Below are positions 42,823 through 56,160 of a DNA stretch of 64,000 nt, piece by piece; position 1 is the stretch's first letter, and each line of letters opens with the position of its first letter. The notes beneath the pieces were generated by a model. That model was not told the origin of the DNA. It saw only the letters and a program-made list of their open reading frames with translations, and made no database searches. Source of the DNA: Auanema rhodensis. Lineage: Eukaryota > Animalia > Nematoda. A program made the position numbers and the translations under genes. The stretch spans positions 18,848,001-18,912,000 of the forward strand of contig OZ059899.1 in NCBI GenBank assembly GCA_964057225.1, written 5' to 3'.

Positions 42823-45800
42823 AACACAGATCGACGCAGCTTAAAAATCCGCATCGAATGCACTATACAACATTGAGAAACGCTTAATACAAAAATTAGT
42901 TATGATCGTTTGAAAAATGATGCATTAGTGTATGTTGAGTTTCCATGTACACTCAACATTGCTTCCAAAAACATTTTTACAAAAATTTTTCCGAAAAATT
43001 TCGAAACAATTTCGCAAAAAGTAGATGTTTTTAGATTCCTTTTTTCAAGGCAAAGACGATGGACATTGTTATTCAACGAAAAAATTAATTCTGCAGGGTG
43101 AAAATCGAGGATATAAGTGTGAACTTATATCAGTTGATATCTCGGTGCATTTTTAAGCTAGCGCAAATCTGATAACACAGATCGACGCAGCGTAAAAATC
43201 CGCATCGAATGCACTATACAACATTGAGAAACGCTTAATACAAAAATTAGTTATGATCGTTTGAAAAATGATTCATTAGTGTATGTTGAGTTTCCATGTA
43301 CACTCAACATTGCTTCCAAAAACATTTTTACAAAAATTTTTCCGGAAAATTTCGAAACAATTTTGCAAAAAGTAGATGTTTTTAGATTCCTTTTTCCAAG
43401 GCAAAGACGATGGACAATGTTATTCAACGAAAAAATTAATTCTCCAGGGTGAAAATCGAGGATGTAAGTGTGAACTTATATCAGTTGATATCTCGGTGCA
43501 TTTTTAAGCTAGCGCAAATCTGATAACACAGATCGACGCAGCGTAAAAATCCGCATCGAATGCACTATACAACATTGAGAAACGCTTAATACAAAAATTA
43601 GTTATGATCGTTTGAAAAATGATGCATTAGTGTATGTTGAGTTTCCATGTACACTCAACATTGCTTCCAAAAACATTTTGACAAAAATTTTTTCGAAAAA
43701 TTTCAAAATAATTTCGCAAAAAGTAGATGTTTTTAAATTCCTTTTTTCAAGGCAAAAACGATGGACAATGTTATTCAACGAAAAAATTAATTCTCCAGGG
43801 TGAAAATCGAGGATGTAAGTGTGAACTTATATCAGTTGATATCTCGGTGCATTTTCAAGCTAGCGCAAATCTGATAACACAGATCGACGCAGCTTAAAAA
43901 TCCGCATCGAATGCACTATACAACATTGAGAAACGCTTAATACAAAAATTAGTTATGATCGTTTGAAAAATGATGCATTAGTGTATGTTGAGTTTCCATG
44001 TACACTCAACATTGCTTCCAAAAACATTTTTACAAAAATTTTTCCGAAAAATTTCGAAACAATTTCGCAAAAAGTAGATGTTTTTAGATTCCTTTTTTCA
44101 AGGCAAAGACGATGGACATTGTTATTCAACGAAAAAATTAATTCTGCAGGGTGAAAATCGAGGATATAAGTGTGAACTTATATCAGTTGATATCTCGGTG
44201 CATTTTTAAGCTAGCGCAAATCTGATAACACAGATCGACGCAGCGTAAAAATCCGCATCGAATGCACTATACAACATTGAGAAACGCTTAATACAAAAAT
44301 TAGTTATGATCGTTTGAAAAATGATTCATTAGTGTATGTTGAGTTTCCATGTACACTCAACATTGCTTCCAAAAACATTTTTACAAAAATTTTTCCGGAA
44401 AATTTCGAAACAATTTTGCAAAAAGTAGATGTTTTTAGATTCCTTTTTCCAAGGCAAAGACGATGGACAATGTTATTCAACGAAAAAATTAATTCTCCAG
44501 GGTGAAAATCGAGGATGTAAGTGTGAACTTATATCAGTTGATATCTCGGTGCATTTTTAAGCTAGCGCAAATCTGATAACACAGATCGACGCAGCGTAAA
44601 AATCCGCATCGAATGCACTATACAACATTGAGAAACGCTTAATACAAAAATTAGTTATGATCGTTTGAAAAATGATGCATTAGTGTATGTTGAGTTTCCA
44701 TGTACACTCAACATTGCTTCCAAAAACATTTTGACAAAAATTTTTCCGGAAAATTTCGAAACAATTTTGCAAAAAGTAGATGTTTTTAGATTCCTTTTTC
44801 CAAGGCAAAGACGATGGACAATGTTATTCAACGAAAAAATTAATTCTCCAGGGTGAAAATCGAGGATGTAAGTGTGAACTTATATCAGTTGATATCTCGG
44901 TGCATTTTTAAGCTAGCGCAAATCTGATAACACAGATCGACGCAGCGTAAAAATCCGCATCGAATGCACTATACAACATTGAGAAACGCTTAATACAAAA
45001 ATTAGTTATGATCGTTTGAAAAATGATGCATTAGTGTATGTTGAGTTTCCATGTACACTCAACATTGCTTCCAAAAACATTTTGACAAAAATTTTTTCGA
45101 AAAATTTCAAAATAATTTCGCAAAAAGTAGATGTTTTTAAATTCCTTTTTTCAAGGCAAAAACGATGGACAATGTTATTCAACGAAAAAATTAATTCTCC
45201 AGGGTGAAAATCGAGGATGTAAGTGTGAACTTATATCAGTTGATATCTCGGTGCATTTTCAAGCTAGCGCAAATCTGATAACACAGATCGACGCAGCTTA
45301 AAAATCCGCATCGAATGCACTATACAACATTGAGAAACGCTTAATACAAAAATTAGTTATGATCGTTTGAAAAATGATGCATTAGTGTATGTTGAGTTTC
45401 CATGTACACTCAACATTGCTTCCAAAAACATTTTTACAAAAATTTTTCCGAAAAATTTCGAAACAATTTCGCAAAAAGTAGATGTTTTTAGATTCCTTTT
45501 TTCAAGGCAAAGACGATGGACATTGTTATTCAACGAAAAAATTAATTCTGCAGGGTGAAAATCGAGGATATAAGTGTGAACTTATATCAGTTGATATCTC
45601 GGTGCATTTTTAAGCTAGCGCAAATCTGATAACACAGATCGACGCAGCGTAAAAATCCGCATCGAATGCACTATACAACATTGAGAAACGCTTAATACAA
45701 AAATTAGTTATGATCGTTTGAAAAATGATTCATTAGTGTATGTTGAGTTTCCATGTACACTCAACATTGCTTCCAAAAACATTTTTACAAAAATTTTTCC

Positions 45801-46683
45801 GGAAAATTTCGAAACAATTTTGCAAAAAGTAGATGTTTTTAGATTCCTTTTTCCAAGGCAAAGACGATGGACAATGTTATTCAACGAAAAAATTAATTCT
45901 CCAGGGTGAAAATCGAGGATGTAAGTGTGAACTTATATCAGTTGATATCTCGGTGCATTTTTAAGCTAGCGCAAATCTGATAACACAGATCGACGCAGCG
46001 TAAAAATCCGCATCGAATGCACTATACAACATTGAGAAACGCTTAATACAAAAATTAGTTATGATCGTTTGAAAAATGATGCATTAGTGTATGTTGAGTT
46101 TCCATGTACACTCAACATTGCTTCCAAAAACATTTTGACAAAAATTTTTTCGAAAAATTTCAAAATAATTTCGCAAAAAGTAGATGTTTTTAAATTCCTT
46201 TTTTCAAGGCAAAAACGATGGACAATGTTATTCAACGAAAAAATTAATTCTCCAGGGTGAAAATCGAGGATGTAAGTGTGAACTTATATCAGTTGATATC
46301 TCGGTGCATTTTCAAGCTAGCGCAAATCTGATAACACAGATCGACGCAGCTTAAAAATCCGCATCGAATGCACTATACAACATTGAGAAACGCTTAATAC
46401 AAAAATTAGTTATGATCGTTTGAAAAATGATGCATTAGTGTATGTTGAGTTTCCATGTACACTCAACATTGCTTCCAAAAACATTTTTACAAAAATTTTT
46501 CCGAAAAATTTCGAAACAATTTCGCAAAAAGTAGATGTTTTTAGATTCCTTTTTTCAAGGCAAAGACGATGGACATTGTTATTCAACGAAAAAATTAATT
46601 CTGCAGGGTGAAAATCGAGGATATAAGTGTGAACTTATATCAGTTGATATCTCGGTGCATTTTTAAGCTAGCGCAAATCTGAT
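42121..46683. repeat. 3-monomer (1053 bp) higher-order repeat, 4 units, one carrying an extra mosaic monomer
   Basis: 100T at 42220, 43273, 44326, 45730 (spacings 3, 3, 4 monomers). Confidence 0.87.
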
Positions 46684-49600
46684 AACACAGATCGACGCAG
46701 CTTAAAAATCCGCATCGAATGCACTATACAACATTGAGAAACGCTTAATACAAAAATTAGTTATGATCGTTTGAAAAATGATGCATTAGTGTATGTTGAG
46801 TTTCCATGTACACTCAACATTGCTTCCAAAAACATTTTGACAAAAATTTTTCCGAAAAATTTCAAAATAATTTCGCAAAAAGTAGATGTTTTTAAATTCC
46901 TTTTTTCAAGGCAAAAACGATGGACAATGTTATTCAACAAAAAAATTAATTCTGCAGGGTGAAAATCGAGGATATAAGTGTGAACTTATATCAGTTGATA
47001 TCTCGGTGCATTTTTAAGCTAGCGCAAATCTGATAACACAGATCGACGCAGCTTAAAAATCCGCATCGAATGCACTATACAACATTGAGAAACGCTTAAT
47101 ACAAAAATTAGTTATGATCGTTTGAAAAATGATGCATTAGTGTATGTTGAGTTTCCATGTACACTCAACATTGCTTCCAAAAACATTTTGACAAAAATTT
47201 TTCCGAAAAATTTCAAAATAATTTCGCAAAAAGTAGATGTTTTTAAATTCCTTTTTTCAAGGCAAAAACGATGGACAATGTTATTCAACGAAAAAATTAA
47301 TTCTCCAGGGTGAAAATCGAGGATGTAAGTGTGAACTTATATCAGTTGATATCTCGGTGCATTTTTAAGCTAGCGCAAATCTGATGACACAGATCGACGC
47401 AGCTTAAAAATCCGCATCGAATGCACTATACTACATTAAAAAACGCTTAATACAAAAATTAGTTATGATCGTTTGAAAAATGATGCATTAGTGTATGTTG
47501 AGTTTCCATGTACACTCAACATTGCTTCCAAAAACATTTTGACAAAAATTTTTCCAAAAATTTTCGAAATAATTTTGCAAAAAGTAGATGTTTTTAGATT
47601 CCTTTTTTCAAGGCAAAGACGATGGACAATGTTATTCAACGAAAAAATTAATTCTGCAGGGTGAAAATCGAGGATATAAGTGTGAACTTATATCAGTTGA
47701 TATCTCGGTGCATTTTTAAGCTAGCGCAAATCTGATAACACAGATCGACGCAGCTTAAAAATCCGCATCGAATGCACTATACTACATTGAGAAACGCTTA
47801 ATACAAAAATTAGTTATGATCGTTTGAAAAATGATGCATTAGTGTATGTTGAGTTTCCATGTACACTCAACATTGCTTCCAAAAACATTTTGACAAAAAT
47901 TTTTCCGAAAAATTTCGAAACAATTTCGCAAAAAGTAGATGTTTTTAGATTCCTTTTTTCAAGGCAAAGACGATGGACTATGTTATTCAACGAAAAAATT
48001 AATTCTGCAGGGTGAAAATCGAGGATATAAGTGTGAACTTATATCAGTTGATATCTCGGTGCATTTTTAAGCTAGCGCAAATCTGATAACACAGATCGAC
48101 GCAGCTTAAAAATCCGCATCGAATGCACTATACTACATTGAGAAACGCTTAATACAAAAATTAGTTATGATCGTTTGAAAAATGATGCATTAGTGTATGT
48201 TGAGTTTCCATGTACACTCAACATTGCTTCCAAAAACATTTTTACAAAAATTTTTCCGGAAAATTTCGAAAAAATTTCGCAAAAAGTAGATGTTTTTAGA
48301 TTCCTTTTTTCAAGGCAAAGACGATGGACAATGTTATTCAACGAAAAAATTAATTCTGCAGGGTGAAAATCGAGGATATAAGTGTGAACTTATATCAGTT
48401 GATATCTCGGTGCATTTTTAAGCTAGCGCAAATCTGATAACACAGATCGACGCAGCTTAAAAAGCCGCATCGAATGCACTATACAACATTGAGAAACGCT
48501 TAATACAAAAATTAGTTATGATCGTTTGAAAAATGATGCATTAGTGTATGTTGAGTTTCCATGTACACTCAACATTGCTTCCAAAAACATTTTGACAAAA
48601 ATTTTTCCGAAAAATTTCAAAATAATTTCGCAAAAAGTAGATGTTCTTAAATTCCTTTTTTCAAGGCAAAAACGATGGACAATGTTATTCAACGAAAAAA
48701 TTAATTCTCCAGGGTGAAAATCGAGGATGTAAGTGTGAACTTATATCAGTTGATATCTCGGTGCATTTTTAAGCTAGCGCAAATCTGATAACACAGATCG
48801 ACGCAGCGTAAAAATCCGCATCGAATGCACTATACAACATTGAGAAACGCTTAATACAAAAATTAGTTATGATCGTTTGAAAAATGATGCATTAGTGTAT
48901 GTTGAGTTTCCATGTACACTCAACATTGCTTCCAAAAACATTTTGACAAAAATTTTTCCGAAAAATTTCAAAATAATTTTGCAAAAAGTAGATGTTTTTA
49001 GATTCCTTTTTTCAAGGCAAAGACGATGGACAATGTTATTCAACGAAAAAATTAATTCTCCAGGGTGAAAATCGAGGATGTAAGTGTGAACTTATATCAG
49101 TTGATATCTCGGTGCATTTTTAAGCTAGCGCAAATCTGATAACACAGATCGACGCAGCTTAAAAATCCGCATCGAATGCACTATACAACATTGAGAAACG
49201 CTTAATACAAAAATTAGTTATGATCGTTTGAAAAATGATGCATTAGTGTATGTTGAGTTTCCATGTACACTCAACATTGCTTCCAAAAACATTTTGACAA
49301 AAATTTTTCCGAAAAATTTCAAAATAATTTCGCAAAAAGTAGATGTTTTTAGATTCCTTTTTTCAAGGCAAAGACGATGGACAATGTTATTCAACGAAAA
49401 AATTAATTCTCCAGGGTGAAAATCGAGGATGTAAGTGTGAACTTATATCAGTTGATATCTCGGTGCATTTTTAAGCTAGCGCAAATCTGATAACACAGAT
49501 CGACGCAGCGTAAAAATCCGCATCGAATGCACTATACAACATTGAGAAACGCTTAATACAAAAATTAGTTATGATCGTTTGAAAAATGATGCATTAGTGT

Positions 49601-51597
49601 ATGTTGAGTTTCCATGTACACTCAACATTGCTTCCAAAAACATTTTTACAAAAATTTTTCCGGAAAATTTCGAAACAATTTTGCAAAAAGTAGATGTTTT
49701 TAGATTCCTTTTTCCAAGGCAAAGACGATGGACAATGTTATTCAACGGAAAAATTAATTCTGCAGGGTGAAAATCGAGGATATAAGTGTGAACTTATATC
49801 AGTTGATATCTCGGTGCATTTTTAAGCTAGCGCAAATCTGATAACACAGATCGACGCAGCTTAAAAATCCGCATCGAATGCACTATACAACATTGAGAAA
49901 TGCTTAATACAAAAATTAGTTATGATCGTTTGAAAAATGATGCATTAGTGTATGTTGAGTTTCCATGTACACTCAACATTGCTTCCAAAAACATTTTGAC
50001 AAAAATTTTTCCGAAAAATTTCAAAATAATTTTGCAAAAAGTAGATGTTTTTAGATTCCTTTTTTCAAGGCAAAGACGATGGACAATGTTATTCAACGAA
50101 AAAATTAATTCTCCAGGGTGAAAATCGAGGATGTAAGTGTGAACTTATATCAGTTGATATCTCGGTGCATTTTTAAGCTAGCGCAAATCTGAAAACACAG
50201 ATCGACGCAGCGTAAAAATCCGCATCGAATGCACTATACAACATTGAGAAACGCTTAATACAAAAATTAGTTATGATCGTTTGAAAAATGATGCATTAGT
50301 GTATGTTGAGTTTCCATGTACACTCAACATTGCTTCCAAAAACATTTTGATAAAAATTTTTCCGAAAAATTTCAAAATAATTTTGCAAAAAGTAGATGTT
50401 TTTAGATTCCTTTTTTCAAGGCAAAGACGATGGACAATGTTATTCAACGAAAAAATTAATTCTGCAGGGTGAAATTCGAGGATATAAGTGTGAACTTATA
50501 TCAGTTGATATCTCGGTGCATTTTTAAGCTAGCGCAAATCTGATAAAACAGATCGACGCAGCTTAAAAATCCGCATCGAATGCACTATACAACATTGAGA
50601 AACGCTTAATACAAAAATTAGTTATGATCGTTTGAAAAATGATGCATTAGTGTATGTTGAGTTTCCATGTACACTCAACATTGCTTCCAAAAACATTTTG
50701 ACAAAAATTTTTCCGAAAAATTTCAAAATAATTTTGCAAAAAGTAGATGTTTTTAGATTCCTTTTTTCAAGGCAAAGACGATGGACAATGTTATTCAACG
50801 AAAAAATTAATTCTCCAGGGTGAAAATCGAGGATGTAAGTGTGAACTTATATCAGTTGATATCTCGGTGCATTTTTAAGCTAGCGCAAATCTGATAACAC
50901 AGATCGACGCAGCTTAAAAATCCGCATCGAATGCACTATACAACATTGAGAAACGCTTAATACAAAAATTAGTTATGATCGTTTGAAAAATGATGCATTA
51001 GTGTATGTTGAGTTTCCATGTACACTCAACATTGCTTCCAAAAACATTTTGACAAAAATTTTTTCGAAAAATTTCAGAATATTTTAGCAAAAAATAGTTG
51101 TTTTTAGATTCCTTTTCTCAAGGCAAAGACGATGGACAATGTTATTCAACGAAAAAATTAATTCTGCAGGGTGAAATTCGAGGATATAAGTGTGAACTTA
51201 TATCAGTTGATATCTCGGTGAATTTTTAAGCTAGCGCAAATCTGATAAAACAGATCGACGCAGCTTAAAAATCCGCATCGAATGCACTATACAACATTGA
51301 GAAACGCTTAATACAAAAATTAGTTATGATCGTTTGAAAAATGATGCATTAGTGTATGTTGAGTTTCCATGTACACTCAACATTGCTTCCAAAAACATTT
51401 TTACAAAAATTTTTCCGGAAAATTTCGAAACAATTTTGCAAAAAGTAGATGTTTTTAGATTCCTTTTTCCAAGGCAAAGACGATGGACAATGTTATTCAA
51501 CGAAAAAATTAATTCTGCAGGGTGAAAATCGAGGATATAAGTGTGAACTTATATCAGTTGATATCTCGGTGCATTTTTAAGCTAGCGCAAATCTGAT

Positions 51598-53703
51598 AAC
51601 ACAGATCGACGCAGCTTAAAAATCCGCATCGAATGCACTATACAACATTGAGAAACGCTTAATACAAAAATTAGTTATGATCGTTTGAAAAATGATGCAT
51701 TAGTGTATGTTGAGTTTCCATGTACACTCAACATTGCTTCCAAAAACATTTTGACAAAAATTTTTTCGAAAAATTTCAAAATAATTTCGCAAAAAGTAGA
51801 TGTTTTTAGATTCCTTTTTTCAAGGCAAAGACGATGGACAATGTTATTCAACGAAAAAATTAATTCTCCAGGGTGAAAATCGAGGATGTAAGTGTGAACT
51901 TATATCAGTTGATATCTCGGTGCATTTTCAAGCTAGCGCAAATCTGATAACACAGATCGACGCAGCTTAAGAATCCGCATCGAATGCACTATACAACATT
52001 GAGAAACGCTTAATACAAAAATTAGTTATGATCGTTTGAAAAATGATGCATTAGTGTATGTTGAGTTTCCATGTACACTCAACATTGCTTCCAAAAACAT
52101 TTTGACAAAAATTTTTCCGAAAAATTTCAAAATAATTTCGCAAAAAGTAGATGTTTTTAAATTCCTTTTTTCAAGGCAAAAACGATGGACAATGTTATTC
52201 AACGAAAAAATTAATTCTCCAGGGTGAAAATCGAGGATGTAAGTGTGAACTTATATCAGTTGATATCTCGGTGCATTTTCAAGCTAGCGCAAATCTGATA
52301 ACACAGATCGACGCAGCTTAAAAATCCGCATCGAATGCACTATACAACATTGAGAAACGCTTAATACAAAAATTAGTTATGATCGTTTGAAAAATGATGC
52401 ATTAGTGTATGTTGAGTTTCCATGTACACTCAACATTGCTTCCAAAAACATTTTTACAAAAATTTTTCCGGAAAATTTCGAAAAAATTTCGCAAAAAGTA
52501 GATGTTTTTAGATTCCTTTTTTCAAGGCAAAGACGATGGACAATGTTATTCAACGAAAAAATTAATTCTGCAGGGTGAAAATCGAGGATATAAGTGTGAA
52601 CTTATATCAGTTGATATCTCGGTGCATTTTTAAGCTAGCGCAAATCTGATAACACAGATCGACGCAGCTTAAAAAGCCGCATCGAATGCACTATACAACA
52701 TTGAGAAACGCTTAATACAAAAATTAGTTATGATCGTTTGAAAAATGATGCATTAGTGTATGTTGAGTTTCCATGTACACTCAACATTGCTTCCAAAAAC
52801 ATTTTGACAAAAATTTTTTCGAAAAATTTCAAAATAATTTCGCAAAAAGTAGATGTTTTTAGATTCCTTTTTTCAAGGCAAAGACGATGGACAATGTTAT
52901 TCAACGAAAAAATTAATTCTCCAGGGTGAAAATCGAGGATGTAAGTGTGAACTTATATCAGTTGATATCTCGGTGCATTTTCAAGCTAGCGCAAATCTGA
53001 TAACACAGATCGACGCAGCTTAAGAATCCGCATCGAATGCACTATACAACATTGAGAAACGCTTAATACAAAAATTAGTTATGATCGTTTGAAAAATGAT
53101 GCATTAGTGTATGTTGAGTTTCCATGTACACTCAACATTGCTTCCAAAAACATTTTGACAAAAATTTTTCCGAAAAATTTCAAAATAATTTCGCAAAAAG
53201 TAGATGTTTTTAAATTTCTTTTTTCAAGGCAAAAACGATGGACAATGTTATTCAACGAAAAAATTAATTCTCCAGGGTGAAAATCGAGGATGTAAGTGTG
53301 AACTTATATCAGTTGATATCTCGGTGCATTTTCAAGCTAGCGCAAATCTGATAACACAGATCGACGCAGCTTAAAAATCCGCATCGAATGCACTATACAA
53401 CATTGAGAAACGCTTAATACAAAAATTAGTTATGATCGTTTGAAAAATGATGCATTAGTGTATGTTGAGTTTCCATGTACACTCAACATTGCTTCCAAAA
53501 ACATTTTTACAAAAATTTTTCCGGAAAATTTCGAAAAAATTTCGCAAAAAGTAGATGTTTTTAGATTCCTTTTCTCAAGGCAAAGACGATGGACAATGTT
53601 ATTCAACGAAAAAATTAATTCTGCAGGGTGAAAATCGAGGATATAAGTGTGAACTTATATCAGTTGATATCTCGGTGCATTTTTAAGCTAGCGCAAATCT
53701 GAT
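51598..53703. repeat. 3-monomer tandem duplication, monomers 148-150 / 151-153
   Basis: Rare 23G (TTAAGAATCC) at 51971 and 53024; same three haplotypes. Confidence 0.85.
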
Positions 53704-56160
53704 AACACAGATCGACGCAGCTTAAAAAGCCGCATCGAATGCACTATACAACATTGAGAAACGCTTAATACAAAAATTAGTTATGATCGTTTGAAAAATG
53801 ATGCATTAGTGTATGTTGAGTTTCCATGTACACTCAACATTGCTTCCAAAAACATTTTGACAAAAATTTTTCCGAAAAATTTCAAAATAATTTCGCAAAA
53901 AGTAGATGTTCTTAAATTCCTTTTTTCAAGGCAAAAACGATGGACAATGTTATTCAACGAAAAAATTAATTCTCCAGGGTGAAAATCGAGGATGTAAGTG
54001 TGAACTTATATCAGTTGATATCTCGGTGCATTTTTAAGCTAGCGCAAATCTGATAACACAGATCGACGCAGCTTAAAAATCCGCATCGAATGCACTATAC
54101 AACATTGAGAAACGCTTAATACAAAAATTAGTTATGATCGTTTGAAAAATGATGCATTAGTGTATGTTGAGTTTCCATGTACACTCAACATTGCTTCCAA
54201 AAACATTTTTACAAAACTTTTTCCGGAAAATTTCGAAACAATTTCGCAAAAAGTAGATGTTTTTAGATTCCTTTTTTCAAGGCAAAGACGATGGACATTG
54301 TTATTTAACGAAACAATTAATTCTGCAGGGTGAAAATCGAGGATATAAGTGTGAACTTATATCAGTTGATATCTCGGTGCATTTTTAAGCTAGCGCAAAT
54401 CTGATAACACAGATCGACGCAGCTTAAAAATCCGCATCGAATGCACTATACTACATTGAGAAACGCTTAATACAAAAATTAGTTATGATCGTTTGAAAAA
54501 TGATGCATTAGTGTATGTTGAGTTTCCATGTACACTCAACATTGCTTCCAAAAACATTTTTACAAAAATTTTTCCGAAAAATTTCGAAACAATTTCGCAA
54601 AAAGTAGATGTTTTTAGATTCCTTTTTTCAAGGCAAAGACGATGGACTATGTTATTCAACGAAAAAATTAATTCTGCAGGGTGAAAATCGAGGATATAAG
54701 TGTGAACTTATATCAGTTGATATCTCGGTGCATTTTTAAGCTAGCGCAAATCTGATAACACAGATCGACGCAGCTTAAAAATCCGCATCGAATGCACTAT
54801 ACTACATTGAGAAACGCTTAATACAAAAATTAGTTATGATCGTTTGAAAAATGATGCATTAGTGTATGTTGAGTTTCCATGTACACTCAACATTGCTTCC
54901 AAAAACATTTTTACAAAAATTTTTCCGGAAAATTTCGAAAAAATTTCGCAAAAAGTAGATGTTTTTAGATTCCTTTTTTCAAGGCAAAGACGATGGACAA
55001 TGTTATTCAACGAAAAAATTAATTCTGCAGGGTGAAAATCGAGGATATAAGTGTGAACTTATATCAGTTGATATCTCGGTGCATTTTTAAGCTAGCGCAA
55101 ATCTGATAACACAGATCGACGCAGCTTAAAAAGCCGCATCGAATGCACTATACAACATTGAGAAACGCTTAATACAAAAATTAGTTATGATCGTTTGAAA
55201 AATGATGCATTAGTGTATGTTGAGTTTCCATGTACACTCAACATTGCTTCCAAAAACATTTTGACAAAAATTTTTCCGAAAAATTTCAAAATAATTTCGC
55301 AAAAAGTAGATGTTCTTAAATTCCTTTTTTCAAGGCAAAAACGATGGACAATGTTATTCAACGAAAAAATTAATTCTCCAGGGTGAAAATCGAGGATGTA
55401 AGTGTGAACTTATATCAGTTGATATCTCGGTGCATTTTTAAGCTAGCGCAAATCTGATAACACAGATCGACGCAGCTTAAAAATCCGCATCGAATGCACT
55501 ATACAACATTGAGAAACGCTTAATACAAAAATTAGTTATGATCGTTTGAAAAATGATGCATTAGTGTATGTTGAGTTTCCATGTACACTCAACATTGCTT
55601 CCAAAAACATTTTTACAAAAATTTTTCCGGAAAATTTCGAAACAATTTCGCAAAAAGTAGATGTTTTTAGATTCCTTTTTTCAAGGCAAAGACGATGGAC
55701 AATGTTATTCAACGAAAAAATTAATTCTGCAGGGTGAAAATCGAGGATATAAGTGTGAACTTATATCAGTTGATATCTCGGTGCATTTTTAAGCTAGCGC
55801 AAATCTGATAACACAGATCGACGCAGCTTAAAAAGCCGCATCGAATGCACTATACAACATTGAGAAACGCTTAATACAAAAATTAGTTATGATCGTTTGA
55901 AAAATGATGCATTAGTGTATGTTGAGTTTCCATGTACACTCAACATTGCTTCCAAAAACATTTTTACAAAAATTTTTCCGAAAAATTTCGGAACAATTTC
56001 GCAAAAAGTAGATGTTTTTAGATTCCTTTTTTCAAGGCAAAGACGATGGACATTGTTATTTAACGAAAAAATTAATTCTGCAGGGTGAAATTCGAGGATA
56101 TAAGTGTGAACTTATATCAGTTGATATCTCGGTGCATTTTTAAGCTAGCGCAAATCTGAT

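Noticed and set aside
47381-47387. Hammerhead ribozyme core (CTGATGA here; CTGATAA in other copies), as known from some animal satellites
   Set aside because: Complete core in one copy only. I could not build stems I and II with the downstream GAAA motifs (GAGAAACG, GGTGAAAA). An Infernal search with Rfam hammerhead models on a dimer would settle it.
49900-50121. Longer 73-aa ATG-initiated ORF
   Set aside because: Produced by a single private C>T (ACG>ATG at 49901) in one monomer.
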